Shown one piece after another: positions 28,539 to 37,969 of a stretch of 64,000 bases of DNA (within the stretch, counting starts at the first letter, position 1; each line of letters starts with the position of its first letter). The notes under the pieces were generated by a model. That model was not told where the DNA came from. It did not search any database and saw nothing but the letters and a program-made list of their open reading frames with translations. The DNA comes from an uncultured Actinomycetes bacterium (lineage in GTDB: Bacteria > Actinomycetota > Thermoleophilia > Solirubrobacterales > 70-9): positions 166,872 through 230,871 of the forward strand of contig CAWJJU010000002.1 of the NCBI GenBank assembly GCA_963843315.1, given 5' to 3'. Both the position numbers and the translations under genes were made by a program.

Positions 28539-30655
28539 GCCACCACGACCGCCTCCATGCGCTCGCCGAGCGAGCGCCAGGCGGCCTCGGCGTCGGCCAC
28601 GGAGACGTCCAGCGACATGGCGCCCGCCCGGATCGCAATCGTCTCGCCCCCGGCGGCCCCGATCACGGCGAACTCGACACCCTCGGCGCCGGCCCGGGCG
28701 GCCAGGCGCCCGATCGCGGCGGGCTCACCGGCCAGCAGCACTCCCGCGGGCCCCTCGCCGAAGACCGCGTCCTCGCCGCCGCCGACCTCGACGCTCGCGC
28801 CCACGCGGCCGGCGATCGCCATCTCGGCGAGCGCACAGGCCAGGCCGCCGTCGCTGACGTCGTGCGCGGCGCCCACCTCACCGGCCCGCACGGCCTCGCG
28901 GACGAAGCCGAGGGCGCGGCGCGCGGCCTGGACGTCGACCTCGGGCAATCCGGCCGACAGCTCGCCGCGCTGCTTGGTCAGCTCCGACCCGGCCGCCGAG
29001 GGCGCGAAGGGGCCCGCGAGGGCGATCGCGTCGCCCTCGCGCAGGGCGGTGCCCGGAGCGCCGGCGGGATCCGGCAGCTCGCCGGCCATGCCGACCACCG
29101 GGGTGGGATAGATCGGGCCGGACTCGGTTTCGTTGTACAGGGAGACGTTGCCGCCCACCACCGGCACGCCGAGCGCTCGGCAGGCGTCGGCCAGGCCCCT
29201 CACGGACTGCGAGAGCTGCCAGGCGACGTGGGGCTTCTCGGGGTTGCCGAAGTTCAGGCAGTTGGTCAGGCCGAGCGGCTCGGCGCCGGCGCAGGCGAGG
29301 TTCGCCGCGCACTCCAGCACCGCCTCCACCGCCCCGCGGTAGGGATCGCAGGCGACGCGGCGGCCGTTGCCGTCGATTGCCAGCGCGACGCCCACCCCGG
29401 ACTCGTGGATATCGAGCACCGCCGCGTCGGCGGCCTCGGGACGGCGCAGGGTGCGCGAGCCCACGATCGAGTCGTACTGCTCGAAGGCCCAGCGCTTGCT
29501 CGCGATGTTGGGCGAGCCGAGCAGCGCCAGCAGGGTCTCCTCAGGGGAGGCGTCGGCCGCGAGGGTCGCGTCGTTGCCGTACAGCCAGCCGTCGGGCTCG
29601 GCGGGGTCGAGGTCGTACAGCGGGCACTCGTCGACCAGCGCCTTCACCGGCACCTCGCCCACCAGCTCCGAGCCGTCGAGCACGCGGATCGTCTCGCCCT
29701 CGGTGATCTGGCCGATCACCGCGGCGCTCGTCTGCCAGCGCTCGCAGACGGCGAGAACCTCGTCGACCCGCGACGGCTCGACCACCGCGAGCATCCGCTC
29801 CTGCGACTCGGACACCATCACCTCGAACGGCTCGAGGTCGGGGTTTCGAAGCGGGACCGCCGAAACGTCGATGTCGAGGCCGACCTCGCCCTTCGAGGCC
29901 ATCTCCCCCGCCGACGAGGTGAGCCCGGCCGCACCCAGGTCCTGAAGCGAGACCAGCAGGTCGCCCGCCAGCAGCTCCAGGCAGCACTCGAGCAGCTTGT
30001 GCTCCTCGAAGGGGTCGCCGATCTGCACGGTCGGACGCTTGGCGTCGCCCTCCTCCAGCTCGGCCGAGGCCAGCACCGAGGCGCCGCCGATGCCGTCGCG
30101 CCCGGTCGAGGCACCGAACAGGACCAGCGCGTTGCCGGGGCCGGCGGCCGCCGAGCGGATCATCTCGTCGGCCCTCGCCAGACCCGCGCACATGGCGTTG
30201 ACCAGGCAGTTCTGCTCGTACGGCGCCTCGAAGGCCACCTCGCCGCCCACCGTGGGGACGCCGATCGAGTTGCCGTAGTGCCCGATGCCGGCCACCACGT
30301 GGTCGAAGAGATAGCGCGAGCGCTCCGAGCTGAGCTCGCCGAAGCGCAGCGAGTCGAGCACCGCGATGGGTCGCGCGCCCACCGCGAAGACGTCGCGCAG
30401 GATCCCGCCGACGCCGGTGGCGGCGCCCTGGAAGGGCTCGACGGCGCTGGGGTGGTTGTGCGACTCGACCTTGAAGGCCAGGGCCCAGCCGCCCGGCAGG
30501 CTGACGGCCCCGGCGTTCTCGCCCGGGCCCATCACCACGCGCTCGCCCTCGGTGGGCAGCTGGCCCAGGAGCTTTCGCGAGTGCTTGTAGGCGCAGTGCT
30601 CGGACCACAGCAGCGAGAACATCGCCAGCTCGACCCCGTTGGGCTCGCGGCCCAT
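28535..30655 (-). CDS. purL: Phosphoribosylformylglycinamidine synthase II; the true start is probably upstream (near 30740) across a frame break
   Basis: Contains ..ELAMFSLLWSEHCAYKHSRK..ENAG..FKVESHNHPSAVEPFQGAATGVGG.. The homologous N-terminus (TPHRELGLTDREYELIVEH) continues upstream of the ATG at 30655 with no ATG/GTG/TTG before an in-frame TGA. An ATG at 30740 lies in another frame. Confidence 0.9.
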   Translation of the reverse strand: MGREPNGVELAMFSLLWSEHCAYKHSRKLLGQLPTEGERVVMGPGENAGAVSLPGGWALAFKVESHNHPSAVEPFQGAATGVGGILRDVFAVGARPIAVLDSLRFGELSSERSRYLFDHVVAGIGHYGNSIGVPTVGGEVAFEAPYEQNCLVNAMCAGLARADEMIRSAAAGPGNALVLFGASTGRDGIGGASVLASAELEEGDAKRPTVQIGDPFEEHKLLECCLELLAGDLLVSLQDLGAAGLTSSAGEMASKGEVGLDIDVSAVPLRNPDLEPFEVMVSESQERMLAVVEPSRVDEVLAVCERWQTSAAVIGQITEGETIRVLDGSELVGEVPVKALVDECPLYDLDPAEPDGWLYGNDATLAADASPEETLLALLGSPNIASKRWAFEQYDSIVGSRTLRRPEAADAAVLDIHESGVGVALAIDGNGRRVACDPYRGAVEAVLECAANLACAGAEPLGLTNCLNFGNPEKPHVAWQLSQSVRGLADACRALGVPVVGGNVSLYNETESGPIYPTPVVGMAGELPDPAGAPGTALREGDAIALAGPFAPSAAGSELTKQRGELSAGLPEVDVQAARRALGFVREAVRAGEVGAAHDVSDGGLACALAEMAIAGRVGASVEVGGGEDAVFGEGPAGVLLAGEPAAIGRLAARAGAEGVEFAVIGAAGGETIAIRAGAMSLDVSVADAEAAWRSLGERMEAVVVA

Positions 30656-30707
30656 GTGCTCGACGATCAGCTCGTACTCGCGATCGGTCAGCCCAAGCTC
30701 CCGATGC

Positions 30708-30754
30708 GGGGTCAGACCCCTTGAGTCGCCTCCGACTCATGGGGTCATGACCCC
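30708..30754. repeat. Palindrome pair GGGGTCAGACCCC (30708-30720) and GGGGTCATGACCCC (30741-30754)
   Basis: Located at the GT4/purL junction. The second palindrome contains the glycosyltransferase stop codon. The spacer carries the hairpin GAGTCGcctcCGACTC. Confidence 0.85.
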
Positions 30755-31875
30755 ATGACGGGGGTCCTGGGGGGCGCGGGGCGGCGGGCGGTGGCGGTGT
30801 CGACCAGCTCGCCCATGCCGTCGACCGTGTGCGACCAGGCTCGCTCAGAGCGCACCTCGCGCGCGCCGGCGGCCAGCCGCTCGCGCTCGGCGTCGTCGGC
30901 CACGCGCTCCATCAGCTCCGTGAGGTGACCGATGTCCGGGTCCCAGGCCGGGATGCCCGACTCGGCCGTGCCGTTTTGGATCGAGCGCACCAGCAGGCCG
31001 TTTCGCTCATGCTCGATCACCTCGTTCAGCGGCGCGAAGTCGCTGGTGATCACCGGCCTGCCGAACGCCATCGCCTCGAACAGGGGCAGGCCCAGGCCCT
31101 CCCAGCGGGCCGGCGTCAGCACCACGTCGGCGCCGGCGACGGTCGCGAGGTGGTCGCTCGTCGTCTGGTCCTCCAGAAGGAACTCGATGCGCGAGTCGCT
31201 CTCGGCCGCCTCGCGGGCGAGCTTGGTGCGCTTGTTGCGCTCGACCTGCGCCTTGATCAGCAGGCGAAGGCGCGGGTTCGTCGTCTTCTGGAACGCCTCG
31301 ATCGCCGGCGCGACGGGCTTGCGGTGGCCGATGAACCCGGCGGGGAAGATGAGCTGGACGACGTCGCCGGGCGCCGTGCGCTTGGGTGTCACGTCGAGTA
31401 GCTCGGGGTTGATGCCCCACGGCACGTACGGAGTCTCGAGGCCGAAGCTCCGGTAGCGCTCCTGCTCGCAGCGGGTCATCGAGTAGACGATGTCGAAGGC
31501 GTCACGGGCGCCGGGCACGTCGGCCTCGGTGAAGTGCTCCCAGACGAACCGGCCGATGGTCACGACCCCGCGGGCGCGCAGCGAGGCGAGCTCGTCGAAC
31601 TGGTAGTTCTGGTCGCACAGGATCACCTCGATGCCGCGGCGCTCGACCCAGCTCTCGTACTCCTCCGCGGTGATGTCGTAGGCCGCCGCCTCGTCGACGT
31701 TGGGCTGGTCCCACACGTCGTCGCGCTGAAGGCGGCCCTTCATCGGCCCCCGCTCCTTCTTGGGGCGGGCGAGGATGAACGTCTCGTGGCCCAGCTCGTC
31801 CATGGCCGAGCGCAGCTGGCGGGCGACCACGGGCTGGCCGCGGTTGAACCACTTCGTGACGAGGCCGACGCGCAC
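30745..31875 (-). CDS. GT4-family (group 1) glycosyltransferase, paralogue 1
   Basis: Starts at the GTG at 31875: VRVGLVTKWFNRGQPVVARQLRSAMDELGHETFILARP.. ..ARWEGLGLPLFEAMAFGRPVITSD (EX7E region). Paralogous to 37966..39063 and 54319..55407. Confidence 0.8.
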   Translation of the reverse strand: MRVGLVTKWFNRGQPVVARQLRSAMDELGHETFILARPKKERGPMKGRLQRDDVWDQPNVDEAAAYDITAEEYESWVERRGIEVILCDQNYQFDELASLRARGVVTIGRFVWEHFTEADVPGARDAFDIVYSMTRCEQERYRSFGLETPYVPWGINPELLDVTPKRTAPGDVVQLIFPAGFIGHRKPVAPAIEAFQKTTNPRLRLLIKAQVERNKRTKLAREAAESDSRIEFLLEDQTTSDHLATVAGADVVLTPARWEGLGLPLFEAMAFGRPVITSDFAPLNEVIEHERNGLLVRSIQNGTAESGIPAWDPDIGHLTELMERVADDAERERLAAGAREVRSERAWSHTVDGMGELVDTATARRPAPPRTPVMGS

Positions 31876-32792
31876 TACGTCGCGGAGTCGACCGGCACGC
31901 CGGTCTCGTAGCCGAGGTCGGCCAGCATGTCGCCGGCGATCGCCTCGAAGGCCTGGCGATCGGCCTCCGGCATCTGGCGCTTCCAGCGGCTGATGCGGTC
32001 GGTGTCGGGCGGCTTGGTGGTCATCGCGTGGGTCGCCATCCTGCGCTCGACGGTGAGGTCCTGCGCGCGGCCCTCGGCGGGCAGCGCTCGCGCCATCTCG
32101 CCGAGGCGGTCCGCCGAGCGCTCGTGGTAGCTCAGCATCGCGTCGTCCCAGGGAAGCTCGATGAACTCGCAGACCCTGCGCAGCACCGGCTCGGTGTCGG
32201 CGATCAGGTCCTCGTAGCGGACCTCGGTGTAGTACGCGAGCTTCGGGCCCATTCGCCGCGCCTTCTCGATCTTCTTCTTCCACCGCCCGCCGACGTGGGC
32301 GGCGTCGATGTCGCGGACCGTCCGGTCGAGCACCGAGAGCGCGACGTCGCGGCCGTCGCGGATGACGTGCACGAAGCGGGCCTCGGGCAGCGCCCTCTCG
32401 ATCTTCCGCATCTGCCCCACGTAGCGAGGGGTCTTCTCACCCCAGCGGGGCTTGCCCTGACGGGCTGCGTAGGCGCGATAGAAGGAGCGCACGGCCTCCC
32501 CGGCGTCGAGACCGTCGATGGCGGCCAGCCATCCCAGGGCCTCTTCGTCGGAGAAGTCGAAGTCGTTCCACTCGCGATGAGCCTTCATGGCCGCCAGCGC
32601 CGACTGCGGCGTCGCGCCGGCGGCGTTGCAGGCGTCGATCAGGTCCGGGACGAAGTGCGTCTCCGGCGGGATCGTCAGCTCGGGGTGAGCGTCGAGCATC
32701 ATCCGCAGCAGGGTCGTCCCCGAGCGGTTCATGCCGACGACGAACGGGAACGACGTGGCGGTGGTCTCGGGTCGGCGTCTGGTCAGCGGCAA
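31875..32792 (-). CDS. PAPS-dependent sulfotransferase family protein, ST1
   Basis: 5'-PSB-like loop VVGMNRSGTTLL and 3'-PB-like VHVIRDGRDVALS. The stop overlaps the downstream GT4 start by 1 nt. Confidence 0.75.
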   Translation of the reverse strand: MPLTRRRPETTATSFPFVVGMNRSGTTLLRMMLDAHPELTIPPETHFVPDLIDACNAAGATPQSALAAMKAHREWNDFDFSDEEALGWLAAIDGLDAGEAVRSFYRAYAARQGKPRWGEKTPRYVGQMRKIERALPEARFVHVIRDGRDVALSVLDRTVRDIDAAHVGGRWKKKIEKARRMGPKLAYYTEVRYEDLIADTEPVLRRVCEFIELPWDDAMLSYHERSADRLGEMARALPAEGRAQDLTVERRMATHAMTTKPPDTDRISRWKRQMPEADRQAFEAIAGDMLADLGYETGVPVDSAT

Positions 32793-32807
32793 GCTAGGCC
32801 TCCCGCG

Positions 32808-33482
32808 TCACGCCGCGAGCTTCTGCTCGGCGGCGACGGCGGCAAAGAGTCGCAGGCCGTCGGCGGATCCCGTCCGCTCGTCGACGGCGTGCTCGGGGTG
32901 GGGCATGAGGCCCATCACGTTGCCCGCGGCGTTGGTGACCCCGGCGATGTCGGCGGTCGAGCCGTTGGGGTTGTCTCCCGGGGCGTAGCGGAAGGCGATC
33001 TGCCCGGCGGCATCGAGCTCGGCCACCGTGGCGTCGTCGGCGAACCAGCGCCCGCAGGCGTGCTTGACGGGAATCGAGAGCACGTCGCCGGCCGTGAGGC
33101 CGTCGGCGAACGGGCCCGAGGCCGAGCCCGCGATCAGGTCGACCTGGCGGCAGACGAAGCGAAGCCCGTCGTTGGGCAGCAGCGCTCCGGGCAGGAGCCC
33201 TGCCTCGCAGAGCACCTGGAAGCCATTGCAGATGCCGAGCACGGGGGCGCCGCCCGACGCCATCTCGGAGACCGCGCCCATCGCCGGAGCAAAACGCGCG
33301 ATGGCGCCGGCGCGAAGGTAGTCGCCGTAGGAGAAGCCGCCGGGAACGACGACCGCGTCGAGGTCGTCGAGGTCCGTCTCCTCGTGCCAGACGAGGCGGG
33401 CGTCGCCCACCCGCGCGCACGCCGCGACGGCGTCGCGCTCGTCGCATGAGCCGGGGAACTGAAGGACGCCGAACCGCGTCAC
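32808..33482 (-). CDS. purQ: Phosphoribosylformylglycinamidine synthase, glutamine amidotransferase subunit
   Basis: Contains ..VVVPGGFSYGDYLRAGA..VLGICNGFQVL..MGLMPHPEHA. Confidence 0.93.
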   Translation of the reverse strand: MTRFGVLQFPGSCDERDAVAACARVGDARLVWHEETDLDDLDAVVVPGGFSYGDYLRAGAIARFAPAMGAVSEMASGGAPVLGICNGFQVLCEAGLLPGALLPNDGLRFVCRQVDLIAGSASGPFADGLTAGDVLSIPVKHACGRWFADDATVAELDAAGQIAFRYAPGDNPNGSTADIAGVTNAAGNVMGLMPHPEHAVDERTGSADGLRLFAAVAAEQKLAA

Positions 33483-33715
33483 GCGGCGGCCTCGTCGACC
33501 ATCTCGATCTCGTAGTCCTCCACAAGTGGGTTGGCGAGAAGCTGCTCGCAGAGCCGGCCGAGGGCCGACTCGTCGTCGGCCTCGAGCTCGACCAGACGGC
33601 CGACGCGGACGTCGGAGATCCCCTCGAAGCCGAGCGCCGGCAGCGCCCTCTCGACGGCCTTGCCCTGGGGGTCGAGGATGCCCTCCTTCGGGCGGATGAG
33701 CACGCGCGCCTTCAC
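33479..33715 (-). CDS. purS: Phosphoribosylformylglycinamidine synthase subunit PurS
   Basis: 78 aa: MKARVLIRPKEGILDPQGKAVERAL..LANPLVEDYEIE. Overlaps the purQ start. Confidence 0.9.
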   Translation of the reverse strand: MKARVLIRPKEGILDPQGKAVERALPALGFEGISDVRVGRLVELEADDESALGRLCEQLLANPLVEDYEIEMVDEAAA

Positions 33716-33752
33716 GCTCGGAGCGTAGATGATCGCCCCGAGCGAACCGGCG

Positions 33753-35207
33753 TCAGGGGGTGGTTGCCACGAGGGTCGGAGACTCGTTGAGCACGTACTC
33801 GCTGAGGCGAACAGGCGACACCGTGACCGGACGGCGAGAGCGGTACTTATCGAGTACGAAAGGCCTGGGCGCCGGCACCCGGGCGATCTCCCGGAGCCCG
33901 TGCCGCGGAGGATTGCCCGCTGCGCCCGCGCTCAGGACGTCGACCTCGCGAAGCCCCTTGGGGACGTCGCTCTTGCCCCGCACCCGAGTGGCCCCCAGGT
34001 AGTAGACGAGGCCCTGGTTGCCGTTGGCAGGGGCGACGATCAGCCTCGGCACCTCAGAAGGCCCGATCGCGGCGGCCGCGCCTCGCCAATCGGGTCGCTG
34101 CATCTGCGGGCTGCGGTAGACCGCCAGGTCGACGGCCGCGAACATGACGACGCCCAGCAGCGCCGCGAGCAGGCCGAGGCGCCCGGCGCCCGTGGCGCCG
34201 CAACCGACCGCCATGACCAGGAGCAGCGGGACCTCCGCAGCGATCGTGTTTCGCGGATCGAGGAAATCGAGGCCGATGTATGCGAGAACGACGGGGACGA
34301 GGAGGGCTGCGGCGCCAACCGAACCGAGAGCCAGCGCCCCGAATCGCTCAACCGCAAGGGGGCTGCGCGCGGCGAACAGGATCGAGCCGATGAGCAGAAG
34401 CGCACCGCCCGCCGCGGCGAGACCCTGGACGGCATCGATCGCTCCCGTCCCGGCGAAGGCGCCGGGTTCTTCGCTCGCAACGTAGTTGAGGGCGGACTCG
34501 CCGGCGCGCGAAACGACGGAGCGGTTAGTGAATTCGTTTCTGCGTCCCGACCCCTCCTGATGAAGGGCGAAGGGGGCAAGCGCCAGGCCCACCAGGCCCA
34601 CTACGGCGACGGCGGCGAGCGTCCCGCGTGGCCGGCGCGACCTCTGCGTCAGCAGCCACACCGCCTGGGGCGCGATCGCGAACACGGCGAAGTAGTGCGA
34701 GCACAGCGCGAGCCCCGAGGCAGCGGCCCAGAGGCCGAGCGAGCGTGGAGTCGGTTCCCGGAGCGACTCGGCGAAGTAGACGAGCGCGACCGCGCTGAAG
34801 AAGACGAGAAACGCGTACGAGCGCGCCTCCTGCGAGTACCAGAGGAGGAAGGGATTGAAGGCGACGAGCGCGGCTGCGATCAGGCCTGCGCGCCTCGAGC
34901 CGAACACCACGGCGGCCCGGTACGCAACCGGGATGGTCAGGGTTCCGGCGAGCGCCGACAGCGACCGCAGTCCCACCTCTCCGGTCCCGAAGAGCTTCGA
35001 CCACAGCCAGGCCGCGAGGTAGTAGAGCGGTGGGCTGCGCTCACCGCCGCCCACCACGTGCATCGTCGCGCCGAGGTTCGCGTGCAGGACGCGGCTGGCC
35101 GTCACCGCCTCGTCGTGGTCATAGGACTGATGGCCGAGGGTGAGGAAACGAAGCAAGCCGCCCGCAACGACGATCGCTCCAAGCAGGCACCAATCCCTGC
35201 GTCCCAT
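33753..35207 (-). CDS. GT-C fold membrane glycosyltransferase (GT39/GT83, PMT/ArnT-like)
   Basis: 484 aa and polytopic. The first loop carries SYDHDEAVTA (acidic DE motif), followed by ..SPPLYYLAAWLWSKLFG..FNPFLLWYSQEARSYA. Confidence 0.7.
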   Translation of the reverse strand: MGRRDWCLLGAIVVAGGLLRFLTLGHQSYDHDEAVTASRVLHANLGATMHVVGGGERSPPLYYLAAWLWSKLFGTGEVGLRSLSALAGTLTIPVAYRAAVVFGSRRAGLIAAALVAFNPFLLWYSQEARSYAFLVFFSAVALVYFAESLREPTPRSLGLWAAASGLALCSHYFAVFAIAPQAVWLLTQRSRRPRGTLAAVAVVGLVGLALAPFALHQEGSGRRNEFTNRSVVSRAGESALNYVASEEPGAFAGTGAIDAVQGLAAAGGALLLIGSILFAARSPLAVERFGALALGSVGAAALLVPVVLAYIGLDFLDPRNTIAAEVPLLLVMAVGCGATGAGRLGLLAALLGVVMFAAVDLAVYRSPQMQRPDWRGAAAAIGPSEVPRLIVAPANGNQGLVYYLGATRVRGKSDVPKGLREVDVLSAGAAGNPPRHGLREIARVPAPRPFVLDKYRSRRPVTVSPVRLSEYVLNESPTLVATTP

Positions 35208-35257
35208 GGGCCGACTCTACGCCGCCGAAGCTATGTCGAAGCTAAGGGCTGCGCCGC

Positions 35258-36145
35258 TCAGGCGTAGCCGGCGGCCGCCATCGGCTCGGCCAGGCCGAGT
35301 TTGTCGATCAGCCCGGCCCAGGCGGGCTCGCCGGCGGCGTAGACCTGCTCCGCCGGGCGAACCTTGTCACGCGTCCATTCGCGCACCGCGGCCGGGGTCT
35401 CGCGGCCGAGCACCGCGTAGACCTGGTCGAGCGCGGCGGGAACGCTAGTGCGCAGGTCCTCGTTTCGAAGCAGCAGGTAGCGGTCGCCGAAGAGCCGGCG
35501 GCCGTCCTCGTAGGCGCTCTCGAAGGAGAGCTTCCACACCAGCAGCACCCGCTCGACGTCGGTGAGGTCCTCGGCCCCGCGGCCCTCGCGATCCAGGATC
35601 GCCTGCGAGATCGCCCGGCTCGACCACAGCTTGCGATCGGTCCGGTCGGTGAACATCGCGGCGGGCGAGGAGTACTTCTGCGCGCGCCGCCGGTTGCGGC
35701 CGAGCACGATCGAGGCGACGACAGCGCGCGGATCGCGGACCACGTGCACCAGCGCCGCGCCCGGGTCGATGTCGTGGACGTCGGCGAGCTTGCAGTACAG
35801 GCGGGTCTCCTTGATGGCGACGGCGGGCGCGAGGGTGAGCAGGTGCTTCAGCAGCTCGCGGGCGTGCTCCGGAAGGTGGTCGGTGATCTCCACAGAGGGG
35901 TCCCGGGGACCGCCCCAGTTGAACTCGTCGATCGGGATGTCCGGATAGCGCTCGCGCTGGAAGTCCTGGCGGATGGCCCGCATCTCGGCGAAGGCGTCGC
36001 CCTCGCGCGCGCCGGAGCCGCCGCCCTCGGTGACCTTCTGCTCGCGAAGCGGCTCGTAGAACGAGCGCAGCTCGGGGTCCTCGACGATCGCGTCGTGGAG
36101 GATCGTCGTCCCCGAACGACGCATCCCCTGGATGAAGAGGTTCAC
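35258..36145 (-). CDS. PAPS-dependent sulfotransferase family protein, ST3
   Basis: Starts at the GTG at 36145: VNLFIQGMRRSGTTILHD (5'-PSB), with HVVRDPRAVVASI (3'-PB). GTGA overlap with the purC stop. Confidence 0.7.
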   Translation of the reverse strand: MNLFIQGMRRSGTTILHDAIVEDPELRSFYEPLREQKVTEGGGSGAREGDAFAEMRAIRQDFQRERYPDIPIDEFNWGGPRDPSVEITDHLPEHARELLKHLLTLAPAVAIKETRLYCKLADVHDIDPGAALVHVVRDPRAVVASIVLGRNRRRAQKYSSPAAMFTDRTDRKLWSSRAISQAILDREGRGAEDLTDVERVLLVWKLSFESAYEDGRRLFGDRYLLLRNEDLRTSVPAALDQVYAVLGRETPAAVREWTRDKVRPAEQVYAAGEPAWAGLIDKLGLAEPMAAAGYA

Positions 36146-37002
36146 GAGGAGGTGAAGTCTTTGCCCGAGAGGCGCTCGTACGCCTCCACGTAGCGGGCGC
36201 GCGTGCGCTCGACGACCTCGGCCGGGAGGTTCGGCCCCGGGGGCGAGTGGTCCCAGCCCGACTCGTCGAGCCAGTCGCGCACGTACTGCTTGTCGAAGGA
36301 GGGCTGCCCGTGGCCAGGCTCGTAGGAATCGGCGGGCCAGAAGCGCGAGGAGTCGGGGGTGAACACCTCGTCGCCCAGGACGATGTCCTCGCCGGCGCCG
36401 CGGCCAAACTCGAACTTGGTGTCGGCGAGGATGATCCCGCGCCCGGCCGCGTGCTCGGCCGCCCGGTTGTACAGCTCGATCGAGGTGTCGCGAAGGCGCG
36501 TCATCAGGTCGCGGTCGCCGACGACCTCGGCCGCGCGATCGAAGTCGATGTTCTCGTCGTGCTCGCCGATCTCGGCCTTGGTGGCCGGGGTGAAGATGGG
36601 CTCCGGGAGCTTCTGCGACTCCTGGAGGCCGTCCGGCAGCTCGATGCCGCAGACCGTGCCGTCGCGCTTGTACTCCTTCCAGCCGGAGCCGGTGATGTAG
36701 CCGCGCACCACGCACTCCACGGGATGCATGTCCAGCTTGCGGACGCGCATGCCCCGGCGCGCGGCCTCGGGCGGGACCTCCTCGGAGATGAAGTGGTTGG
36801 GGCAGACGTCGCCGAGCAGGTCGAACCAGAAGATCGACATCTGCGTGAGGACCGCCCCCTTGTCGGGGATGGGGTCGGGCAGGACGACGTCGTAGGCGGA
36901 GATCCGGTCGGAGGCGACCATGATGAGGTCGTCGCCGTCCGCGTAGATCTCGCGGACCTTGCCGCTGGAGAGCAGTTCGAGGTCGGAAAGAGCCTGGGCC
37001 AT
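36142..37002 (-). CDS. purC: SAICAR synthetase
   Basis: Contains ..SGKVREIYA..MVASDRISAYD..ILADTKFEFG..DEVFTPDSSRFW. Confidence 0.93.
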   Translation of the reverse strand: MAQALSDLELLSSGKVREIYADGDDLIMVASDRISAYDVVLPDPIPDKGAVLTQMSIFWFDLLGDVCPNHFISEEVPPEAARRGMRVRKLDMHPVECVVRGYITGSGWKEYKRDGTVCGIELPDGLQESQKLPEPIFTPATKAEIGEHDENIDFDRAAEVVGDRDLMTRLRDTSIELYNRAAEHAAGRGIILADTKFEFGRGAGEDIVLGDEVFTPDSSRFWPADSYEPGHGQPSFDKQYVRDWLDESGWDHSPPGPNLPAEVVERTRARYVEAYERLSGKDFTSS

Positions 37003-37105
37003 GAGGCGGCGATGCTAGCTATTGCGCCGGCCCAAGGCTGTAAGCGCTTCCAGTCGAAGGGACGGCCCTGTTGTTTGCGGCCGCATCGCCGGGTACCAGG
37101 GAGAT

Positions 37106-37969
37106 ATGGATCAGACCGAGACCGGCCGGGCGTCGATTCCTGACGAGCAGACGAACGAGCGCGTGCGCCTGCTCGTCGTTGCGGCCGATGAGCATGTTGC
37201 CGAGCCCCTCGAGCGCGAAATCGAGCGCGTCGCCAACGGCCGTGACCCCGAGGTCAAGATCGTCGCTCCGGCGCTCGCGCGGACACGATTCGAGCATTCC
37301 GCGGGGGCGGTCGACGAGGGAATGAGCGTGGCACAGACCCGCCTCGGGCGCGCCGAGGACCGGGTCGCCCACGACGCCCGGATCGCGGCCGGGACGCTCA
37401 CCGCCGAGGAGGTGGGCGACGCAGATCCGATCCTGGCGATCGACGATGCGCTGGCGAACTTCCACGCCGACGAGCTGCTGCTCGTCACCCACTCCCAGGG
37501 CGACGGCCGCTGGCTCGAGGACGACATGTTCGAGCAGGTCCGCAGGCGCTTCGCCATCCCCGTCACCCACTTCGAGATCCAGCAGGCGGGCGAGGCCGTC
37601 GAGACCGAGCGCGCCGACGGGACCGACGTCCCCGCTATGGAGAGCACGAGCCGGTCGGGCAACCTCGCCGGGCTGGACTGGCGCGAGCGCCTCGGCATCC
37701 TCGTCGCGATCGTCGGCACCATCGTCCTGATCGTCATCGCCTCGGCCGGCAACAGCCTGTCCGCCGACACCGACCTGGGTCAGCTGCATCTGTCCTCGCA
37801 GGTGATCCGCATCGCGATCGCCGGGCTCATGGCCCTGATCAACATCGGCAACGTGGTCGGGCTGATCCTGTTCTCGAGCGTCGGCTATCGCGGGTTCTGG
37901 CAGCGAGCCTTCGCCCACACGTCGCTGTGGGGAACGCTGATCGCGATCCCCGTCGCGCTGATCGTCTAG
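37106..37969 (+). CDS. Hypothetical protein with a cytoplasmic N-domain and three C-terminal TM helices
   Basis: The ATG at 37106 follows GGGAGA. The N-domain is vaguely USP-like (..LLVVAADEH..DADPILAIDDALANFHADELLLVTH). The C-terminus is hydrophobic. Confidence 0.5.
   Translation: MDQTETGRASIPDEQTNERVRLLVVAADEHVAEPLEREIERVANGRDPEVKIVAPALARTRFEHSAGAVDEGMSVAQTRLGRAEDRVAHDARIAAGTLTAEEVGDADPILAIDDALANFHADELLLVTHSQGDGRWLEDDMFEQVRRRFAIPVTHFEIQQAGEAVETERADGTDVPAMESTSRSGNLAGLDWRERLGILVAIVGTIVLIVIASAGNSLSADTDLGQLHLSSQVIRIAIAGLMALINIGNVVGLILFSSVGYRGFWQRAFAHTSLWGTLIAIPVALIV

Noticed and set aside
29541-30740. 399-aa ORF starting MSRRRLKGSDP.. overlapping purL
   Set aside because: It is an Arg/Gly-rich out-of-frame translation of purL. 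Only its ATG may be real, as the true purL start before a frame break.
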